Positions 9,066 to 17,349 of a DNA stretch of 34,530 nt are shown here, one piece after another. Source of the DNA: Pseudomonadota bacterium (GTDB lineage Bacteria; UBA10199; 2-02-FULL-44-16; JAAZCA01). The translations under genes and the position numbers were made by a program. The stretch covers positions 1-34,530 of the forward strand of contig JBDRBN010000003.1 in the NCBI GenBank assembly GCA_043822785.1, in the 5' to 3' direction. Under the pieces are notes generated by a model that did no database searches, was not told the DNA's origin, and was given only the letters and a program-made list of their open reading frames with translations. Within the stretch, counting starts at the first letter, position 1; every line of letters starts with the position of its first letter.

Positions 9066-9851
9066 TTACGCGTTTCTATTTGATGCCCTCTCTCCAAACG
9101 CACGAAGCAATCCAAACACCAGCAGCGACACCACAAGAAGCAAAACAGCCACAGGCCGCGCCCAGGCCAAACCATATGCCTCAAACCTCTCGTAAATTAA
9201 AACTGGTGCTACCATTGGATGATAGGCCAAAATGATCACAGCGCCGAACTCGCTTATACCTCTGGCCCACATCATGATCATGCCAGAGAAGATCGCCTTG
9301 CGGCTGGCCGGCAAACACACCTTGCGAAACGCCTGCCATCTTGTAGCGCCCAGCGTTCTGGCTGCGTTTTCAAGCTTTGGATCAACCATGCGAAACGCTT
9401 CTTTTGCTGCATTTATGAGAAAAGGTGCGCTCACAAAGGCCATGGCTATGGCAATGCCTACCTGAGTGCCCACAACACTGATACCAACATCGCTTAGCAA
9501 TTTGCCTGCTAAAAATCTTTGACCAAAAACCGTAAGAAGTGCGATGCCAGCAGCTGTGTGCGGCACCACCACTGGCAGATCCACTATTGCCTCTAGGATG
9601 CGCTTGCCAAAAAAATCGTATCTGGCCAAAAGATATGCCAAAGGAATGCCGAATATGAGAGAAGCCAATGTGGCCCACAACGCACAGGTGATGGTAAGCC
9701 AGATCGCTTTCGTCACTTCGTGATCGTAAAGGGCCTCTGCAAGGCTGGAAAAGCTGCTCGACAGCATTAGCTTTGCCAAAGGCATGATGATAAAGCAAAG
9801 CATCACACCTGCAAGAAGCATAAATATCAGAGTTGTTCTATTAATTCGCAT
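9066..9851 (-). CDS. wtpB: Tungstate/molybdate ABC transporter permease
   Basis: DLPVVVPHTAAGIALL, ENAARTLGA (EAA loop) and WARGISEFGAVIILAYHP; start MRINR at 9851. Confidence 0.9.
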   Translation of the reverse strand: MRINRTTLIFMLLAGVMLCFIIMPLAKLMLSSSFSSLAEALYDHEVTKAIWLTITCALWATLASLIFGIPLAYLLARYDFFGKRILEAIVDLPVVVPHTAAGIALLTVFGQRFLAGKLLSDVGISVVGTQVGIAIAMAFVSAPFLINAAKEAFRMVDPKLENAARTLGATRWQAFRKVCLPASRKAIFSGMIMMWARGISEFGAVIILAYHPMVAPVLIYERFEAYGLAWARPVAVLLLVVSLLVFGLLRAFGERASNRNA

Positions 9852-9862
9852 CAGGATTCCAT

Positions 9863-9990
9863 GAGATCCTTCGACTCCGCCGAGCACTCAACTCGTTAAA
9901 TGCTCGGCATCGCTCAGGATGAGTGGTCGGGAAAAAAACTTCCCGACCACTCACATTTAAGGGGCACAACGTATTCGCTGTACCCCCTTA
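9863..9990. repeat. Cluster of three hairpins: a half REP-like element and two stem-loops (possible terminators)
   Basis: GAGATCCTTCG...CGCTCAGGATGA; TGAGTGGTCGGGAA/TTCCCGACCACTCA; TTAAGGGGCACA/TGTACCCCTTAA. Confidence 0.7.
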
Positions 9991-10017
9991 ACTTTCAAGT
10001 ATCAACTTTTAACCGCT

Positions 10018-10857
10018 TTATGCTGTCTTACACACAGGCTTTCCTTTGAGATAAGCCAGCGTGTATATGCCGCCCACAAAGAGAGCGCCGCCTACGATGT
10101 TGCCCAATGTAACCGGAACCAAGTTTGTGATAAAGAAACCCTTGTAAGTGAGGTTCGCTATCTGATCTGCAGCCAATCCAGAAGCTGTGACAACCGCCTC
10201 GTTGGCCTTAAGCACCATGCCTGCTGGGATGAAGTACATGTTGGCTATGCAGTGCTCAAATCCGGAAGCGACGAATGCCATGATCGGGAAGAAGATGGCA
10301 AAGATCTTTCCAACCACATCTTTGGCCGCAAATGCTAGCCACACTGCCAAGCATACCAGCCAGTTACAACCGATGGCGCGGAAGAATGCCTCGCCGAACG
10401 GCAGATTGACCTTTATCGTGGCGATCTTAAGCGCGGTAATTCCGACCTCTCCATTAACAAGCCCGCTGTTCGACATGATCCAGACCATGAGCAGAGAACC
10501 TGCGAGGTTTCCGATGTACACGATGATCCAGTTTCTTAGCATCTTTGCAAAGGAGACTTCGCCGACGAGAACGCCAGTGAAGATGAGGTTGTTGCCTGTG
10601 AAGAGTTCTGCGCCGCCGATGACCACAAGCATTAGTCCTACGCTAAACACGCCGCCTGCCATGAACTTTGTGAGACCAAAACCGACCTTGTCGCTAATAC
10701 CCGTGCTAACCAGCGTTGCCAGTTCCGCTCCGAAGGCGATGTATGCGCCAGCCAGAATTCCCAAGAAAAACATGGGAAGCCAGGCCAGATCCACCTTCTT
10801 TTTACATGCATTCACTACCGCTTCTGCGATTTCTGCAGGACTATTAAAACCACTCAT
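10018..10857 (-). CDS. fdhC: Formate/nitrite transporter (FNT, FdhC/FocA-like)
   Basis: LAGAYIAFG, GAELFTGN, GNLAGS, CNWLVCLAVW, GFEHCIANM and TLGNIVGG motifs; AGGAGG RBS. Confidence 0.92.
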   Translation of the reverse strand: MSGFNSPAEIAEAVVNACKKKVDLAWLPMFFLGILAGAYIAFGAELATLVSTGISDKVGFGLTKFMAGGVFSVGLMLVVIGGAELFTGNNLIFTGVLVGEVSFAKMLRNWIIVYIGNLAGSLLMVWIMSNSGLVNGEVGITALKIATIKVNLPFGEAFFRAIGCNWLVCLAVWLAFAAKDVVGKIFAIFFPIMAFVASGFEHCIANMYFIPAGMVLKANEAVVTASGLAADQIANLTYKGFFITNLVPVTLGNIVGGALFVGGIYTLAYLKGKPVCKTA

Positions 10858-11030
10858 TTACTACCTCCTTTATCGATTTTAGGGGCAATTGACGATTCTA
10901 GGTAAATTTTAAGCTGCGGATCTGAAGGCCCCAAACCCCCGATTCGCAACAATATTCTCTTTCAAAGTTCGCGAGCATTTACAGCACATTGGATTAAATG
11001 TCGAGGTAAAATTTCTCTTACAGAGCCCTT

Positions 11031-11087
11031 TGTCATCCCTGCGCAGGCAAGGATCCAGTCTGGATTCCCGCCTCCGCGGGAATGACA
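11031..11087. repeat. Palindromic REP/RPE-like element of a related subfamily
   Basis: TGTCATCCCTGCG...GGATCCAG / CTGGATTCC...CGCGGGAATGACA. Confidence 0.85.
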
Positions 11088-11114
11088 AACTACTCCTAAA
11101 CCGGTGGCAGGATC

Positions 11115-11891
11115 TTATGCTTTTATCCGATCCCCGTGCGTATAAACATTCATCCTGCTGCCCCTGGCAAAGCCCGCAACAGTAAGGCCTAGTTCTGCTG
11201 CAATCTTTAGGGCCATGTCAGTAGGCGCTGATCTAGATACAAAAATAGGTATGTCTGCAAACGCCACTTTACGAGCGATCTCAGAGGAAATGCGGCCCGA
11301 GCTGAGGAGCAATTTATCGTGCAGAGGAATGCGCTTCAAAATTAGGCTTCCTATCACGCGGTCCACAGCATTGTGTCGCCCAATGTCCTCTGAAAAGAAA
11401 AGTAGCTCAGAAACAGAGCATATTGCAGCGCTATGCACGCCACCTGTAGATTTAAAAACCTCGGATCTTTTTTGAAAATTGCTCATCAGCTTAAAGATCT
11501 GCTCTGCAGAAACTTTAAGACTTTTACCCTTCTCTTTGTTCTTAAGCTTTAAGGATTTTCGAGCAAGCTCAAAAGAGGCGCCCCTGCCGCAGCCGGAGGT
11601 AATATATCGTTGCACACTCGTTTCTTTTGAAAACCTCTCAGGGTCTATGGTGAAATAGAGGCTCTGTCCTTTTTGTTCAAAACCTAAGATATCATCCGCA
11701 CTGTCTATAAATCCCTCTGTAAACAAAAAACCTGTACCCAGCTCCCTTTCTTCGTAGGGAGAGCACAGAAGGGTTGCAAGTTCAGTATCGTTAAGATTGA
11801 TTTGCACTGCGCCCTCTGCAACCACCTCGTCTTCAAGCTTCTCAATATTATCAGAAGTGATTCTGACAATGGGATATTTTTTTGTAAGCAT
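11115..11891 (-). CDS. fdhD: Formate dehydrogenase accessory sulfurtransferase FdhD
   Basis: GFLFTEG, TSGCG, TGGVHSA, EDIGRHNAVD, SGRISSE, SAPT and GFAR motifs. Confidence 0.95.
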   Translation of the reverse strand: MLTKKYPIVRITSDNIEKLEDEVVAEGAVQINLNDTELATLLCSPYEERELGTGFLFTEGFIDSADDILGFEQKGQSLYFTIDPERFSKETSVQRYITSGCGRGASFELARKSLKLKNKEKGKSLKVSAEQIFKLMSNFQKRSEVFKSTGGVHSAAICSVSELLFFSEDIGRHNAVDRVIGSLILKRIPLHDKLLLSSGRISSEIARKVAFADIPIFVSRSAPTDMALKIAAELGLTVAGFARGSRMNVYTHGDRIKA

Positions 11892-11897
11892 AATATT

Positions 11898-11959
11898 AGC
11901 GAGACAAGCGAGAAACGCGAGACAGGTTTACGTTTCTCGCGTGTCTCGCGTGTCTCGCC
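11898..11959. repeat. Inverted array of 9-bp repeats (3 x NGCGAGAMA facing 3 x TKTCTCGCN)
   Basis: agcgagaca agcgagaaa cgcgagaca - ggtttacg - tttctcgcg tgtctcgcg tgtctcgcc. Confidence 0.88.
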
Positions 11960-13674
11960 TATTTTGTTTTTGCCTCAAACTCATGCTTAAACTTTGTGAG
12001 CATCGCTTCAATCGGTATGGCGAACGCATCGCCCGTAGGGCAAAGGGTTGAGCCTTTGATGGTCTTGCACATATTTAGAATCATGTCGAACTCCTGCATC
12101 GAGCCTTTACCATCAACAAACTTCTTTAGCATCGCCTCTATGGCGTGCGAACCCTCTGTGCATGGCACGCACTGGCCGCAAGATTCGTGCGCATAGAACT
12201 TGATGGTGCGTAAAGCCAAATCTGGAATGGAGATGGTATCGTTTATTACCATGATGCCGCCAGAGCCAAGCATGGTTCCGGCCTTAAGGCACGAATCAAA
12301 ATCCAGCTCTATGCCCCTGGCATCTTCTGCCGTGAGTATGGGAACTGACAGGCCGCCCACTATCACTGCTTTAAGCCTTCCTTTAACCTCACCCGCTGCT
12401 TTTAAAATCTTATCCAGCTTTGTTCCCATGGGAAACTCGTACACGCCGGGCCTCCCCACATCACCGCACACGCCATAGAGTTTGGGACCGTAGTTATTTG
12501 TGAAGCCAATGCTCTTAAAAGCATCTGCGCCATTTACTATAATGTAGGGAAGGCAGGCCAGGGTCTCAACGTTGTTTACGATGGTGGGGCAGCCGTAAAG
12601 CCCGATGTTAGCTGGGAAAGGTGGCTTAACCCTGGGATTGCCGCGCTTTCCTTCTATGGATTCGATTAGCGCAGTTTCTTCGCCGCACACATAGGAGCCT
12701 GCGCCTCTGTGCACGATGATATCGACGTGTTTAAGCTGCCCATCTTTTTTGGCCTGGGCAATTGCTTTTTCTAAAATGTCGGCGATCCATTTGAATTCGC
12801 CGCGTATATATATGAAAGCAATCTTTGAGTTTATGGCATGGCTAGCTATGGCAATGCCCTCGATGAGAAGGTGCGGATCATACTGCATGATCTGCCGATC
12901 TTTAAACGTGCCTGGCTCACCTTCATCTGCATTGCATATTAAATAAACTGGTCGTGAATCGTTCTTTGGCAAAAAGCCCCATTTCGTGCCTGCGGGAAAG
13001 CCGGCTCCACCTCTGCCGCGCAGCATGGACTCTTTGACTGTGCCCGTAACCTCTTCGGACTTCATCTTAAGGGCCTTTTCCAATGCCTTATATCCTCCGC
13101 CCTTTTTGTATTCTGATATTTCTGTGGCCTTTGGATTGCCGCGATTCTTTAAGAGGATATTACATTCTGTCGAGAAATTGGCTGTCATGTCCGGCTTCGG
13201 CTCCTTGCCCTCGCGCAGCGTGTCTATGAGCTCGTCTACTTTTTCTATGGTAAGGTTTTCGTAATAGGTATCATTCACCTGCATTACAGGGCAGGTACCG
13301 CAGGATGCTAGATCCTCTACAGTGGAGAGGGTGAACATTTTGTCTTTTGTGGTTTCGCCAACTTTTATGCCGAGCTTATTTTGCAAATGCGTAAGTATCT
13401 CATTTGATCCGCTTAGGAATGCCGGCACACAGTTATCGAGCTGCAGATGATATTTGCCAACAGGTTTGGTGTTGTACATGGTGTAATAGGTGGCCACACC
13501 AAAGGCCTTGCTGGCTGAGACACCTAGTGCATCTGCGACTGCATTGATATTCTCGGGAGAGAGGTAATTGTTGTTCTCTCTCTGGATCAGATCCAGCGCA
13601 GGCATGAGCGCTGACTCGGGATTGGGATATTTTTTTGCAATTTCAGCAACTTGTTCAGCGAGATTATTTTTCAT
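11959..13674 (-). CDS. nuoEF: NuoE-NuoF fusion (NADH-binding diaphorase module)
   Basis: N-terminal NuoE-like domain (ALMPALD, GVATYYTMY); NuoF motifs GRGGAGFP, NADEGEPGTFKDR, GAGSYVCGEETAL, GTMLGSG and ESCGQCVPC...LCP. Confidence 0.92.
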   Translation of the reverse strand: MKNNLAEQVAEIAKKYPNPESALMPALDLIQRENNNYLSPENINAVADALGVSASKAFGVATYYTMYNTKPVGKYHLQLDNCVPAFLSGSNEILTHLQNKLGIKVGETTKDKMFTLSTVEDLASCGTCPVMQVNDTYYENLTIEKVDELIDTLREGKEPKPDMTANFSTECNILLKNRGNPKATEISEYKKGGGYKALEKALKMKSEEVTGTVKESMLRGRGGAGFPAGTKWGFLPKNDSRPVYLICNADEGEPGTFKDRQIMQYDPHLLIEGIAIASHAINSKIAFIYIRGEFKWIADILEKAIAQAKKDGQLKHVDIIVHRGAGSYVCGEETALIESIEGKRGNPRVKPPFPANIGLYGCPTIVNNVETLACLPYIIVNGADAFKSIGFTNNYGPKLYGVCGDVGRPGVYEFPMGTKLDKILKAAGEVKGRLKAVIVGGLSVPILTAEDARGIELDFDSCLKAGTMLGSGGIMVINDTISIPDLALRTIKFYAHESCGQCVPCTEGSHAIEAMLKKFVDGKGSMQEFDMILNMCKTIKGSTLCPTGDAFAIPIEAMLTKFKHEFEAKTK

Positions 13675-13768
13675 TGAACCCCTCCTTAAAGAGGGGCTTT
13701 TTATTGTGTACTAAGCAAAAAAAGTCGAGGAAAAAAGGGCACCAGCAAGGCGAGAAATGCCACCTGTT

Positions 13769-13852
13769 TGTCATCGCTAGTCCGCGCTAGCGGGCGAAGC
13801 GATCTCCATGGCTTGAGGAGATTGCTTCGTCACTTCGCTCCTCGCAATGACA
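13769..13852. repeat. Palindromic REP/RPE-like element, copy 5
   Basis: TGTCATCGCTAG...GAAGCGATCTCC / GGAGATTGCTTCG...CTCGCAATGACA. Confidence 0.85.
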
Positions 13853-13861
13853 CATTAGAAC

Positions 13862-14974
13862 TCATTTTCTAGCTAAGACTTTTAACTTATCTGGCACTTT
13901 GCCCACAGTCTGTGCTGGCACGACCGGTGGTTGGCCGTTTTGGGTCATGATGGTCCTACCTTCTGGGCCAAGCACGAATTCAACAAACTTGATCGCGGTT
14001 TTGTAATTGGGCGCATCTTTAAGCACTGTAATGCCATACACCATGGGCTCGCCTGTTTGAGTGATCGTTTCGCCAGGCTTCTCTCCTGCTATCTTTATGC
14101 TCGCTGTTTTATAGAAATCAGCATGATCAGACGATTTCAAGTTGATCTCGTCTGGAAGGATCACAGACTTGCCATGATGCTGCTCTGCAACAGAGTGGTA
14201 TATAAATACATAATCCAGCTCGCCGGTTTCAAGAAGGGCTAGAAGATCGGTCTCCTTTGGCCTTATGTTTTTTCTGGGGCAGCTTTTGCGCAGGCTCTCG
14301 TATAGGCCAGGCTTCTTGTAATACTTTTCTGCCAACTGCCACACCAGCTGAGAGCGATAACCGCACGGATCAGTGTTGGGATCGCTGTGCCCATAACTTA
14401 CTCCCTCGCGCAAAAGGATTTCAGGCCAGTTCTGGGCGTTTATTTCATCATTATATTTGCTCTTGTCCGTGTACATTATGGCCATCTCGTTTGTGGCGAA
14501 CTTGGCATAGAAATCCGTGTACTTCGGCATAAGCAAATTCTCGATCACGGTATAATCGGCCGATGCCATGACATCAGCTTTTTTGTGCAGATCAGTAATC
14601 TTGCGCGCAGCTGTTACGCTGCCTGAGGCTTCGCGAATTACTTCGATGTTTGGGTATTTTTTTTGAAAGGCCTCTGCCATATCTTTAAGAGGCACAGAAA
14701 GACTGCCTGCATGGAAGATAATAAGCTGCTCTTTATTTTTGGCAGATGTGCAGCCAAAGGAAAAAGGCAGCACAATGACGAGGAATATAATGGGCACCTC
14801 TAAAAACCTTTGAGGTGTCATTGCGAGGAGGCGAAGCCGACGAAGCAATCTCCGTAGAATCACTGTTTGCGGGGAGATTGCTTCGCTCCCGTTGGTCGCT
14901 CGCAATGACAAACGGAAGGTTTTTAGAGGTGCCCTAATGATACTGAGTAAAGATCGTTTTGATATATGAAGCAT
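13862..14974 (-). CDS. wtpA: Tungstate ABC transporter substrate-binding lipoprotein, with a 49-codon in-frame insertion in the signal peptide
   Basis: IFHAGSLSVP, EASGS, ADVMASAD, DPNTDPCGYR, RPKET, YHSVA.QH and MVYGIT motifs; lipobox FSFGC; start uncertain. Confidence 0.9.
   Translation of the reverse strand: MLHISKRSLLSIIRAPLKTFRLSLRATNGSEAISPQTVILRRLLRRLRLLAMTPQRFLEVPIIFLVIVLPFSFGCTSAKNKEQLIIFHAGSLSVPLKDMAEAFQKKYPNIEVIREASGSVTAARKITDLHKKADVMASADYTVIENLLMPKYTDFYAKFATNEMAIMYTDKSKYNDEINAQNWPEILLREGVSYGHSDPNTDPCGYRSQLVWQLAEKYYKKPGLYESLRKSCPRKNIRPKETDLLALLETGELDYVFIYHSVAEQHHGKSVILPDEINLKSSDHADFYKTASIKIAGEKPGETITQTGEPMVYGITVLKDAPNYKTAIKFVEFVLGPEGRTIMTQNGQPPVVPAQTVGKVPDKLKVLARK
14792..14934. 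mobile_element. MITE-like element with 19-bp TIRs enclosing a palindromic REP copy; 4-bp TSD (TAAT)
   Basis: GGGCACCTCTAAAAACCTT (14792-14810) and its exact reverse complement (14916-14934); TAAT at 14788-14791 and 14935-14938; REP copy at 14816-14910. Confidence 0.9.
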
Positions 14975-14991
14975 ATTTCGTGCCCTAAACA

Positions 14992-15025
14992 TAAAAAAAC
15001 GCCCCGTGCAAGGGGCGTTTTTTTT
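14992..15025. terminator. Bidirectional intrinsic terminator
   Basis: AAAAAAACGCCCC-GTGCAA-GGGGCGTTTTTTTT, downstream of the 15044 gene. Confidence 0.88.
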
Positions 15026-15043
15026 CGATTTAACACACCGGAC

Positions 15044-16147
15044 TTAGGTTGGGTCTGGACAATCACCTGATAGACAATTTGGATCACCTATTATCACAAA
15101 AAAACCTCCAGCACCGTTTGCTAACGCGGTAGCTACCGGAGCTGCTCCTTCATAGAGAGCCGTACCTATAAGAAGCGTCGCAACCCCAATATCACGCACG
15201 AACGCGAAGTGATCATAAGGTTGTCGGGCTAACTCTAGGATCTCATCTCCTGTATTGTCTGGTTCACTATACTTCTCTTCCTCAACCTGAAACCTCTCCA
15301 TGGGCTGAATCGGTCGGGGATTGTCCACAGCCACAGGCTCTTTTCCATCACCACCAATTGGTGGGGCTGGTGGCCCCTTCTTGTCGTTGTCGTCTTTTCC
15401 ATTCTTTAAATACCGCACTATCTTTTTAAACGCAAATACTCCTCCTACAAGGAAACCTCCAAGAGCAAAACCAGTTCCAATAAGAAATCCATCCCATATT
15501 TTTTCAGCTGCATTAGGATCCTCTCGAGGAGTTTTACCGTAAATAAACTCCCTGAACACATCTATTCTTTCTTTATCTTTATCTCGGCCCTTATCAATGC
15601 ATTTTTCCACCAAATCAAAGTGCTCGAAGATTTTGTCATTTCTATCTATATTGTTTACGTTAATGCAAAAAGCACCCAGGACATTAGAAGAGGCATTAAG
15701 ATAAAAATCAAGTTTTGAAAGACCGATATTCTTAGCGAGAAACCCATCTCTTATGCATTGCATCTCCTCCGCATCTTCAAAGTAAGTACCCTCCACAGAA
15801 AGCGCAGAGCTATATTGGCCATTACAGAGATACGCACGCTCTGATTCAAATTCTTTGCCCTTGCCATCACCTGTAACAAAACTATCTTCGTTCACTGTAT
15901 AGAGGCCATTCAAAGTTTCTTCTCTCTTAGCACATTCCCAGTAGTCATCAGACTTAATATCGCAAACTAAATGTTTGTTATTTTCCCCTTGGGCTTCTCC
16001 ATCTTTACAAACCACTTTCTTCTCACCCTTAGGAGTACAAACTAAACCATCATTCTTTTTAGGCATATTAAGTGTGCATATAAGCTCGTTATTACCAGGA
16101 ATACAACGGGGTTCGACTTGAATTGTTTTTGTTTGTCCGCCTACCAT
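15044..16147 (-). CDS. Hypothetical membrane protein, paralog A (Cys-rich N-domain, TM helix, C-terminal hydrophobic tail)
   Basis: AAGGAGG RBS before ATG 16147 (MVGG...); similarity to 16372-17337. Confidence 0.8.
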   Translation of the reverse strand: MVGGQTKTIQVEPRCIPGNNELICTLNMPKKNDGLVCTPKGEKKVVCKDGEAQGENNKHLVCDIKSDDYWECAKREETLNGLYTVNEDSFVTGDGKGKEFESERAYLCNGQYSSALSVEGTYFEDAEEMQCIRDGFLAKNIGLSKLDFYLNASSNVLGAFCINVNNIDRNDKIFEHFDLVEKCIDKGRDKDKERIDVFREFIYGKTPREDPNAAEKIWDGFLIGTGFALGGFLVGGVFAFKKIVRYLKNGKDDNDKKGPPAPPIGGDGKEPVAVDNPRPIQPMERFQVEEEKYSEPDNTGDEILELARQPYDHFAFVRDIGVATLLIGTALYEGAAPVATALANGAGGFFVIIGDPNCLSGDCPDPT

Positions 16148-16157
16148 AAAATCCTCC

Positions 16158-16250
16158 TTACCGCCCACCCCTTTTAGTTGTTTTGGCAGCCCCCCTGCTT
16201 TCTGTTTTGCCTCTTCAAAACTATCCGTGCACTCTGCTCTAGGTGAAGAT
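16158..16250 (-). pseudogene. Degenerate copy of the 3' end of the 648-aa gene, now the 5' leader of paralog A
   Basis: Reads ...TESRGAAKTTKRGGR* versus ...TEKNRGAADTVKKGGR* at ~17350-17400; upstream in-frame stop and no start codon. Confidence 0.65.
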
Positions 16251-16263
16251 GGCTGCTATATTG

Positions 16264-16291
16264 TTATCGGCAAAAAAAAGGTCGAGTTGCG
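16264..16291 (-). promoter_or_regulatory. Sigma28-like promoter CGCAACT-N13-GCCGATAA
   Basis: The -10 matches the FliA consensus GCCGATAA; motif recurs three times with identical spacing. Confidence 0.7.
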
Positions 16292-16310
16292 TAAACGATA
16301 AAAAAACTCA

Positions 16311-16342
16311 TAAAAAAACGCCCCGTGCAAGGGGCGTTTTTT
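16311..16342. terminator. Bidirectional intrinsic terminator (same hairpin as 14992-15025)
   Basis: AAAAAAACGCCCC-GTGCAA-GGGGCGTTTTTT. Confidence 0.88.
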
Positions 16343-16371
16343 GTGCGCTATAGTATGTATGTGGTGGCGGT

Positions 16372-17337
16372 TTATGCCTCGGGAACGCCTTTGCCGCCAT
16401 TGGCCACACAACCAGGAGTTGATATGCACTCTGGATCAACTGCAAAGGATGGGATCAATGAAAACACAGCACCAGCCGCGCCGGCCGCAGCATTGCCGAA
16501 TCGCGCTGCACCATTGCCTATTACAGCCGCTGCCTTTGGCGCATTGTCAACAATATATGCACCCGCAACAAGTGCTGTAACTCCAACGTCGCGCGCAGCA
16601 TCCCAGAAGCCGTACTCCTCCTCAACCTGAAACCTCTCCATAGGCTGAATCGGATGGGGATTGTCCTTTTTCTCGTGCCGAGTTGCATCGCCGATTGGCG
16701 GCGGAGCTGGCGGGTCTTTGGGATCGTTGTCGTCATCCTTGTGATATTTCTTTCTAATCAAATTACCAATATCCGGACCAGGATAGATAAATACGAAAAA
16801 GATTCCACCCAGTCCTAGAACGCTACCAATACCATATTTACCGACCTCCCAGGCAAATTTTCCATACTGCCCTCTTTCGATATAGTCGAATATGCTCATA
16901 GCAGGCGGTGTATGGAGATCTATGAACTTTTCAAACGCCTCGATCCTTGCCTCGTCACTCTTCTTATCCTTGTCCGAACGACTTTCGTCTGAAAGACACT
17001 TTTTTACAACATTCATGTTTTTGAGGATGTCTAGATTTCTTGTTACATTAGATGCATTATAACATATTGCACCTTCGACATTGGACAAACTATCAAGATA
17101 CCAATCCGTCTTTGGAAGTGAGACTTTTTGCTTTTCAAGAGCATCTCTTACGCACTGCATCTCCTCTGCATTTCTCATGTAAAAACCTGAAATGCCCTTT
17201 GCCGGGCTCATGTTGGAGCTACAGGTTCCTGTCTGCTCACCTGCAAATTCGCTGCCCTTGCCGTCCTCTACTACATAATTAGACTTATCAACTGTGTAAA
17301 AACCATTCTGAGTTATAGTTGTTTCGCCGCCTACCAT
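16372..17337 (-). CDS. Hypothetical membrane protein, paralog B
   Basis: AAGGAGG RBS and MVGG start; shares GKG.EF, AEEMQC.RD, PPAPP.IG and PIQPMERFQVEEE with paralog A. Confidence 0.8.
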   Translation of the reverse strand: MVGGETTITQNGFYTVDKSNYVVEDGKGSEFAGEQTGTCSSNMSPAKGISGFYMRNAEEMQCVRDALEKQKVSLPKTDWYLDSLSNVEGAICYNASNVTRNLDILKNMNVVKKCLSDESRSDKDKKSDEARIEAFEKFIDLHTPPAMSIFDYIERGQYGKFAWEVGKYGIGSVLGLGGIFFVFIYPGPDIGNLIRKKYHKDDDNDPKDPPAPPPIGDATRHEKKDNPHPIQPMERFQVEEEYGFWDAARDVGVTALVAGAYIVDNAPKAAAVIGNGAARFGNAAAGAAGAVFSLIPSFAVDPECISTPGCVANGGKGVPEA

Positions 17338-17349
17338 ACAGCACCTCCT

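Noticed and set aside
10187..10882. 231-aa plus-strand ORF and other antisense ORFs across the window
   Set aside because: They lie opposite well-supported genes and show no recognisable motifs
10860..10990. Possible Moco/Wco riboswitch upstream of the FNT gene
   Set aside because: Only one plausible stem (TTTGGGGC/GCCCCTAAA) and no recognisable conserved Moco RNA features; would need an Infernal search
11959..13674. Selenocysteine recoding in the formate-related genes
   Set aside because: No in-frame TGA interrupts these ORFs; the missing NuoE cysteines are Asp/Ala codons
14970..14986. Sigma54-like GGGCAC-N5-ATGC upstream of wtpA
   Set aside because: Two mismatches to consensus, and it overlaps the likely start codon at 14974
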